From positions 1 through 7,822 of the forward strand of contig JBHGNT010001479.1 in assembly GCA_043228905.1 (NCBI GenBank): 7,822 bases of DNA. Direction: 5' to 3'. This stretch comes from Azolla caroliniana (Eukaryota > Plantae > Polypodiophyta). The notes under the pieces are model-generated. The model did no database searches. It was not told where the DNA came from and saw nothing but the letters and a program-made list of their open reading frames with translations. A program made the translations under genes and the position numbers. Of this stretch, positions 1 through 7,822 are shown piece after piece. Within the stretch, counting starts at the first letter, position 1; each line of letters opens with the position of its first letter.

Positions 1-2136
1 ACACGAGCCAGGTATGAACATTTTAATTTACTCAAGGGCTCCTCTCAACTACCTCCTCAAGTTTGCTAATTTTGTCATGTCTCTCGACCTGAGTTTCAAA
101 ATCTTGATTTTTTAATTCCATATCATAGCTAGCGTTGTTAGCTTCGATTCGCATGTTTGAACACATAAATCCGATATCACACGAGCCAGGTATGAACATT
201 TTAATTTACTCAGTCGCTCTTCTGAACTCCCTCCTCAAATATTCTAATTTAATCATGCCTCTCGACCTGAGTTTCAAAATCTAGATTTTTTAATTCTATA
301 TCATAGCTAGCGTTGTTAGCTTCGATTCGCATGTTTGAACACAGAAATCCGATATCACACGAGCCAGGTATGAACATTTTAAATTACTCACGCGCTCTTC
401 TCAACACCCTCCTCAAGTTTGCTAATTTCGTCATGTGTCTCGACCTGAGTTTCAAAATCTTGATTTTTTAATTCCATATCATAGCTAGCGTTGTTAGCTT
501 CGATTCGCATGTTTGAACACAAAAATCCGATATCACACGAGCCAGGTATGAACATTTTAATTTACTCAAGCGCTCTTCTCAACTCCCTCCTCAAATATTC
601 TAATTTAATCATGCCTCTCGACCTGAGTTTCAAAATCTCAATTTTTGAATTCTATATCATAGCTAGCGTTGTTAGCTTCGATTCGCATGTTTGAACACAA
701 AAATCCGATATCACACGAGCCAGGTATGAACATTTTAATTTACTCAGTCGCTCTTCTCAACTCCCTCCTCAAATATTCTAATTTAATCATGCCTCTCGAC
801 CTGAGTTTCAAAATCTAGATTTTTGAATTCTACATCATAGCTAGCGTTGTTAGCTTCGATTCGCATGTTTGAACACAGAAATCCGATATCACACGAGCCA
901 GGTATGAACATTTTAAATTACTCACGCGCTCTTCTGAACACCCTCCTCAAGTTTGCTAATTTCGTCATGTCTCTCGACCTGAGTTTCAAAATCTTGATTT
1001 TTTAATTCCATATCATAGCTAGCGTTGTTAGCTTCGATTCGCATGTTTGAACACAAAAATCCGATATCACACGAGCCAGGTATGAACATTTTAATTTACT
1101 CAAGGGCTCCTCTCAACTACCTCCTCAAGTTTGCTAATTTCGTCATGTCTCTCGACCTGAGTTTCAAAATCTTGATTTTTTAATTCCATATCATAGCTAG
1201 CGTTGTTAGCTTCGATTCGCATGTTTGAACACAAAAATCAGATATCACACGAGCCAGGTATGAACATTTTAATTTACTCAAGGGCTCCTCTCAACTACCT
1301 CCTCAAGTTTGCTAATTTCATCATGTCTCTCGACCTGAGTTTCAAAATCTTGATTTTTTAATTCCATATCATAGCTAGCGTTGTTAGCTTCGATTCGCAT
1401 GTTTGAACACAAAAATCCGATATCACACGAGCCAGGTATGAACATTTTAAATTACTCACGCGCTCTTCTCAACACCCTCCTCAAATTTGCTAATTTCGTC
1501 ATGTCTCTCGACCTGAGTTTCAAAATCTTGATTTTTTAATTCCATATCATAGCTAGCGTTGTTAGCTTCGATACGCATGTTTGAACACAAAAATCCGATA
1601 TCACACGAGCCAGGTATGAACATTTTAATTTACTGAAGGGCTCCTCTCAACTACCTCCTCAAGTTTGCTAATTTCGTCATGTCTCTCGACCTCAGTTTCA
1701 AAATCGTTATTTTTTAACTCGATATCATAGCTAGCGTTGTTAGCTTCGATTCGCATGTTTAAACACAAAAATCCGATATCACACGAGCCAGGTATGAACA
1801 TTTTAATTTACTCAAGCGCTCTTCTCAACACCCTCCTCAAGTTTGCTAATTTCGTCATGTCTCTCGACCTGAGTTTCAAAATCTTGATTTTTTAATTCCA
1901 TATCATAGCTAGCGTTGTTAGCTTCGATTCGCATGTTTGAACACAAAAATCCGATATCACACGAGCCAGGTATGAACATTTTAATTTACTCAAGGGCTCC
2001 TCTCAACTACCTCCTCAAGTTTGCTAATTTCGTCATGTCTCTCGACCTGAGTTTCAAAATCTTGATTTTTTAATTCCATATCATAGCTAGCGTTGTTAGC
2101 TTCGATTCGCATGTTTGAACACAGAAATCCGATATC
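1..2136. repeat. Sub-array A (M1-M12), dominated by the TTTGCTAAT / AAATCTTGATTTTTTAATTCCA monomer variant
   Basis: Most monomers carry CAAGTTTGCTAAT and AATTCCATATC, with AAGGGCTCC (M1, 7, 8, 10, 12) or TTTTAAATTACTCACGC (M3, 6, 9). These variants are essentially absent downstream, apart from a partial match in M31. Confidence 0.85.
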
Positions 2137-3743
2137 ACACGAGCCAGGTCTGAACATTTTAATTTACTCAGTCGCTCTTCTCAACTCACTCCTCAAATAT
2201 TCTAATTTAATCATGCCTCTCGACCTAAGTTTCAAAATCTCCATTTTTGAATTCTAGAATTCTATATCATAGCTAGCGTTGGTAGCTTCGATTCGCATGT
2301 TTGAACACAAACATCCGATATCACATGAGCCAGGTATGACCATTTTAATTTACTGACCCACTGTTCTCCACTACCTCAAATTTGCTAATTTCGTCATGTC
2401 TCTCGACCTGAGTTTCAAAATCGTGATTTTTTAACTCTATAGCATAGGTGGCGTTGTTAGCTTCGATACGCATGTTTGAACACAAAAATCCGATATCACA
2501 CGAGCCAGGTATGAACATTTTAATTTACTAAGTCGCTCTTCTCAACTCGCTCCTCAAATATTCTAATTTAATCATGCCTCTCGACCTGAGTTTCAAAATC
2601 TCCATTTTTGAATTCTATATCATAGCTAGCGTTGTTAGCTTCGATTCGCATGTTTGAACACAGAAATCCAATATCACACGAGCCAGGTATGAACATTTTA
2701 ATTTACTCACTCGCGCTTCTCAACTCCCTCCTCAAATATTCTAATTTCGTCATATCTCTCGACCTATGTTTCAAAATCTCCATTTTTGAATTCTATATCA
2801 TAGCTAGCGTTGGTAGCTTCGATTCGCATGTTTGAACACAAAAATCCGATATCACACGAGCCAGGTATGACCATTTTAATTTACTCAGTCGCTCTTCTCA
2901 ACTCCCTCCTCAAATATTCTAATTTAATCATGCCTCTCGACCTGAGTTTCAAAATCGTGATTTTTTAACTCTATATGATAGCTAGCGTTGTTAGCTTCGA
3001 TACGCATGTTTGAACACAGAAATCCGATATCACACGAGCCAGGTATGAACATTTTAGTTTACTCACTCGCTCTTCTCAACTCCCTCCTCAAATATTCTAA
3101 TTTCGTCATGCCTCTCGATCTGAGTTTCCAAATTTGGATTTCTGAATTCTATATCATAGCTAGCGTTGTTAGGTTCCATTCGCATTTTTGAACACAAAAA
3201 TCCAATATCACACGAGCCAGGTATGAACATTTTAATTTACTCACTCGCGCTTCTCAACTCCCTCCTGAAATATTCTAATTTCGTCATACTTCTCGACCTA
3301 TGTTTCAAAATCTCCATTTTTGAATTCTATATCATAGCTAGCGTTGGTAGCTTCGATTCGCATGTTTGAACACAAAAATCCGATATCACACGAGCCAGGT
3401 ATGACCATTTTAATTTACTCAGTCGCTCTTCTCAACTCCCTCCTCAAATATTCTAATTTAATCATGCCTCTCGACCTGAGTTTCGAAATCTCGATTTTTG
3501 AATTCTATATCATAGCTAGCGTTGTTAGGTTCGATTCGCATGTTTGAACACAGAAATCCGATATCACACGAGCCAGGTATGAACATTTTAATTTACTCAC
3601 TCGCGCTTCTCAACTCCCTCCTCAAATATTCTAATTTCGTCATGCCTCTCGACCTATGTTTCAAAATCTCCATTTTTGAATTCTATATCATATCTAGCGT
3701 TGGTAGCTTCGATTCGCATGTTTGAACACAAAAATCCGATATC
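2137..3743. repeat. Higher-order block, copy 1 (M13-M21)
   Basis: Ordered series of rare diagnostic variants: 8-bp duplication (2249-2264), 3-bp deletion (about 2374-2377), TACTAAGTC, CATATCTCTC, TATATGATAG, TTTTAGTTT with TCCAAATTTGGA, CCTGAAAT, TTCGAAATCTCG, CATATCTAGC. The series reappears in the same order from 5524. Confidence 0.9.
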
Positions 3744-5523
3744 ACACGAGCCAGGTATGACCATTTTAATTTACTGACCCACTCTTCTCCACTACCTCCT
3801 CCAATTTGCTAATTTCGTCATGTCTCTCGACCTGAGTTTCAAAATCGTGATTTTTTAACTCTATATTATAGCTAGCGTTGTTAGCTTCGATTCGCATGTT
3901 TGAACACAGAAATCCGATATCACACGAGCCAGGTATGAACATTTTAATTTACTCAATCGCTCTTCTCAAGTCCCTCCTCAAATATTCTCATTTCGTCATG
4001 TCTCTCGACCTGAGTTACAAAATCGAGATTTTTTTATTCGATATCATAGCTAGAGTTGTTAGCTTCGATTCGCATATTTGAACACAGAAATCCGATATCA
4101 CACGAGCCAGGTTTGAACATTTTAATTTACTCACTCGCTCTTCTCAAGTCCCTCCTCAAATATTCTAATTTCGTCATGCATCTCGACCTCAGTTTCAAAA
4201 TCTCTATTTTTGAATTCTATATCATAGCTAGCGTTGTTAGCTTCGATTCGCATTTTTGAACACAAAAATCCGATATCACACGAGCCAGGTATGACCATTT
4301 TAATTTACTGACCCACTCTTCTGCACTACCTCCTCAAATTTGCTAATTTTGTCATGTCTCTCGACCTGAGTTTCAAAATTGAGATTTTTTAACTCTATAT
4401 TATAGCTAGCGTTGTTAGCTTCGATTCGCATGTTTTAACAAAGAAATCCGATATCACACGAGCCAGGTATGAACATTTTAATTTACTCACTCGCGCTTCT
4501 TAACTCCCTCCTCAAATATTCTATTTTCGTCATGCCTCTCGACCTATGTTTCAAAATCTCCATTTTTGAATTGATATATCATAGCTAGCGTTGTTAGCTT
4601 CGATTCGCATGTTTGAACACAAAAATCCGATATCACACGAGCCAGGTATGAACATTTTAATTTACTCACTCGCTCTGCTCAACTCCCTCCTCAAATATTC
4701 TAATTTCGTCATGCCTCTCAACCTGAGTTTCAAAATATTGATTTTTTAACTCTATTTTATAGCTAGCGTTGTTAGCTTCGATTCGCATGTTTGAACACAG
4801 ATATCCGATATCACACGAGCCAGGTATGAACATTTTAATTTACTCACTCGCTCTACTCAACTCCCTCCTCAAAATTCAAATTTCGTCATGCCTCTCGACC
4901 TGAGTTTCAAAATCTAGATTTTTTAATTCTATATCATAGCTAGCGTTGTTAGCTTCCATTCGCATGTTTGAACACAAAACTCTGATATCACACGAGCCAG
5001 GTATGACCATTTTAATTTACTGACCCACTCTTCTCCACTTCCTCTTCAAATTTGCTAATTTCGTCATGTCTCTCAACCTGAGTTTCAAAATCGTGATTTT
5101 TTAACTCTATATTATAGCTAGCGTTGTTAGCTTCGATTCGCATGTTTGAACACAGAAATCCGATATCACACGAGCCAGGTATGACCATTTTAATTTACTG
5201 ACCCACTCTTCTCCACTACCTCCTCAAATTTGCTAATTTCGTCATGTCTCTCGACCTGAGTTTCAAAATCGTGATTTTTTTATTCGATATCATAGCTAGA
5301 GTTGTTAGCTTCGATTCGCATGTTTGAACACAAAAATCCGATATCACACGAGCCAGGTATGAACATTTTAATTTACTCCAGGGCTCCTCTCAACTCCCTC
5401 CTCAAATATTCTAATTTCGTCATGTCTCTGGACCTGAGTTTTAAAATCTTGATTTGTTAATTCCATATCATAGCTAGCGTTGTTAGCTTCTATTCGCATG
5501 TTTGAACACAGAAATCCGATATC

Positions 5524-7822
5524 ACACGAGCCAGGTATGAACATTTTAATTTACTCAGTCGCTCTTCTCAACTCCCTCCTCAAATATTCTAATTTAATCA
5601 TGCCTCTCGACGTGAGTTTCAAAATCTCCATTTTTGAATTCTAGAATTCTATATCATAGCTAGCGTTGGTAGCTTCGATTCGCATGTTTGAACACAAACA
5701 TCCGATATCATATGAGCCAGGTATGACCATTTTAATTTACTGACCCACTGTTCTCCACTACCTCAAATTTGCTAATTTCGTCATGTCTCTCGACCTGAGT
5801 TTCAAAATCGTGATTTTTTAACTCTATATCATAGGTAGCGTTGTTAGCTTCGATACACATGTTTGAACACAAAAATCCGATATCACACGAGCCAGGTATG
5901 AACATTTTAATTTACTAAGTCGCTCTTCTCAACTCCCTCCTCAAATATTCTAATTTAATCATGCCTCTCGACCTGAGTTTCAAAATCTCAATTTTTGAAT
6001 TCTATATCATAGCTAGCGTTGTTAGCTTCGATTCGCATGTTTGAACACAGAAATCCAATATCACACGAGCCAGGTATGAACATTTTAATTTACTAAGTCG
6101 CTCTTCTCAACTCGCTCCTCAAATATTCTAATTTAATCATGCCTCTCGACCTGAGTTTCAAAATCTCCATTTTTGAATTCTATATCATAGCTAGCGTTGT
6201 TAGCTTCGATTCGCATGTTTGAACACAGAAATCCAATATCACACGAGCCAGGTATGAACATTTTAATTTACTCACTCGCGCTTCTCAACTCCCTCCTCAA
6301 ATATTCTAATTTCGTCATATCTCTCGACCTATGTTTCAAAATCTCCATTTTTGAATTCTATATCATAGCTAGCGTTGGTAGCTTCGATTCGCATGTTTGA
6401 ACACAAAAATCTGATATCACATGAGCCAGGTATGACCATTTTAATTTACTCAGTCGCTCTTCTCAACTCCCTCCTCAAATATTCTAATTTAATCATGCCT
6501 CTCGACCTGAGTTTCAAAATCGTGATTTTTTAACTCTATATGATAGCTAGCGTTGTTAGCTTCGATTCGCATGTTTGAACACAGAAATCCGATATCACAC
6601 GAGCCAGGTATGAACATTTTAGTTTACTCACTCGCTCTTCTCAACTCCCTCCTCAAATATTCTAATTTCGTCATGCCTCTCGATCTGAGTTTCCAAATTT
6701 GGATTTCTGAATTCTATATCATAGCTAGCGTTGTTAGGTTCCATTCGCATTTTTGAACACAAAAATCCAATATCACACGAGCCAGGTATGAACATTTTAA
6801 TTTACTCACTCGCGCTTCTCAACTCCGTCCTGAAATATTCTAATTTCGTCATACCTCTCGACCTATGTTTCGAAATCTCGATTTTTGAATTCTATATCAT
6901 AGCTAGTGTTGTTAGGTTCGATTCGCATGTTTGAACACAGAAATCCGATATCACACGAGCCAGGTATGAACATTTTAATTTACTCACTCGCGCTTCTCAA
7001 CTCCCTCCTCAAATATTCTAATTTCGTCATGTCTCTCGACCTGAGTTTCAAAATCGTGATTTTTTAACTCTATATGATAGCTAGCGTTGTTAGCTTCGAT
7101 TCGCATGTTTGAACACAGAAATCCGATATCACACGAGCCAGGTATGAACATTTTAGTTTACTCACTCGCTCTTCTCAACTCCCTCCTCAAATATTCTAAT
7201 TTCGTCATGCCTCTCGATCTGAGTTTCCAAATTTGGATTTCTGAATTCTATATCATAGCTAGCGTTGTTAGGTTCCATTCGCATTTTTGAACACAAAAAT
7301 CCAATATCACATGAGCCAGGTATGAACATTTTAATTTACTCACTCGCGCTTCTCAACTCCCTCCTGAAATATTCTAATTTCGTCATACCTCTCGACCTAT
7401 GTTTCAAAATCTCCATTTTTGAATTCTATATCATAGCTAGCGTTGGTAGCTTCGATTCGCATGTTTGAACACAAAAATCCGATATCACACGAGCCAGGTA
7501 TGAACATTTTAATTTACTCAGTCGCTCTTCTCAACTCCCTCCTCAAATATTCTAATTTAATCATGCCTCTCGACCTGAGTTTCGAAATCTCGATTTTTGA
7601 ATTCTATATCATAGCTAGTGTTGTTACGTTCGATTCGCATGTTTGAACACAGAAATCCGATATCACACGAGCCAGGTATGAACATTTTAATTTACTCACT
7701 CGCGCTTCTCAACTCCCTCCTCAAATATTCTAATTTCGTCATGCCTCTCGACCTATGTTTCAAAATCTCCATTTTTGAATTCTATATCATATCTAGCGTT
7801 GGTAGCTTCGATTCGCATGTTT
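5524..7822. repeat. Higher-order block, copy 2 (M32-M44), with internal re-duplications
   Basis: M32~M13 and M33~M14 (offset 3387); M35-M38~M15-M18 (offset 3565); M41-M44~M18-M21 (offset 4099). The ORF track agrees: identical translations at 2632/6197 and at 2988/6553/7087. Confidence 0.9.

Larger units (their letters stand above)
1..7822. repeat. Tandem satellite DNA array, 178-bp monomer, about 43.9 copies, running off both window edges
   Basis: ACACGAGCCAGGTATGAACATTTTAATTTACT recurs every 178 bp (1, 179, 357, ...). 37 of 43 complete monomers are exactly 178 bp; the exceptions are M13 and M32 (186), M14 and M33 (175), M26 (179) and M28 (177). All copies are in the same orientation with no unique sequence between them. 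Confidence 0.99.

Noticed and set aside
21-117. Monomer derived from an ancestral 89-bp dimer (TTTTAATT at offsets 21 and 110, exactly 89 bp apart)
   Set aside because: A hand ungapped comparison of the two halves of M1 gives only about 25/89 identities, which is background for AT-rich DNA.
142-158. CENP-B box-like motif at CTTCGATTCGCATGTTT
   Set aside because: Only the TTCG part of NTTCGNNNNANNCGGGN matches. The A and CGGG are missing, and I found no CGGG or CCCG in the consensus.
1-178. Tandem 5S rRNA, tRNA or snRNA gene cluster
   Set aside because: No recognisable 5S, tRNA cloverleaf (no GTTCRA T-loop in the consensus) or spliceosomal RNA motifs on either strand. An Rfam/Infernal scan would be the definitive test.
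215-236. Pyrimidine-rich tract as a triplex (H-DNA) or G-quadruplex element
   Set aside because: The tract is short, interrupted by purines, lacks a clear mirror repeat, and does not provide four G3 runs on the minus strand.
491-7646. Fourteen near-identical 67-aa ORFs (MLASIRMFEH...) as a tandem peptide gene family
   Set aside because: All begin at a TTG at the same monomer offset and end at the same TGA one monomer later. 178 is not a multiple of 3, so there is no continuous frame. Most monomers carry in-frame stops (for example TAA in GCTAAT or TTTTAA), adjacent ORFs overlap by 26 bp, and there is no recognisable domain or unique promoter sequence.
1-7822. CRISPR array or diversity-generating cassette array (conserved part as repeat, variable part as spacer)
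   Set aside because: The 'spacers' are clearly homologous to each other and differ only by SNPs. The ~90-bp conserved segment and 178-bp period are far larger than CRISPR units. There is no leader and no cas, recombinase or reverse transcriptase gene in the window.

Overview
The whole window is one uninterrupted head-to-tail tandem array of a 178-bp AT-rich monomer (about 38% GC, counted on monomer 1). It holds 43 complete copies plus a partial 44th. It is best read as eukaryotic-type satellite DNA; the nucleosome-sized unit is typical of centromeric or pericentromeric satellites, but I cannot assign a species or named family. There are no credible genes: the fourteen 67-aa ORFs are by-products of the repeat. 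Monomers are numbered M1-M44 from ACACGAGCCAGG, with starts at 1, 179, 357, 535, 713, 891, 1069, 1247, 1425, 1603, 1781, 1959, 2137, 2323, 2498, 2676, 2854, 3032, 3210, 3388, 3566, 3744, 3922, 4100, 4278, 4456, 4635, 4813, 4990, 5168, 5346, 5524, 5710, 5885, 6063, 6241, 6419, 6597, 6775, 6953, 7131, 7309, 7487 and 7665. The interest is in internal structure: an irregular higher-order duplication (M13-M21 recurs as M32-M44), chimeric monomers with mappable junctions, a subfamily switch near 2137, a conserved half and a variable half in each monomer, and a dyad-symmetric hotspot where variants repeatedly create palindromes. I see no evidence for a new protein-coding or CRISPR-like system.
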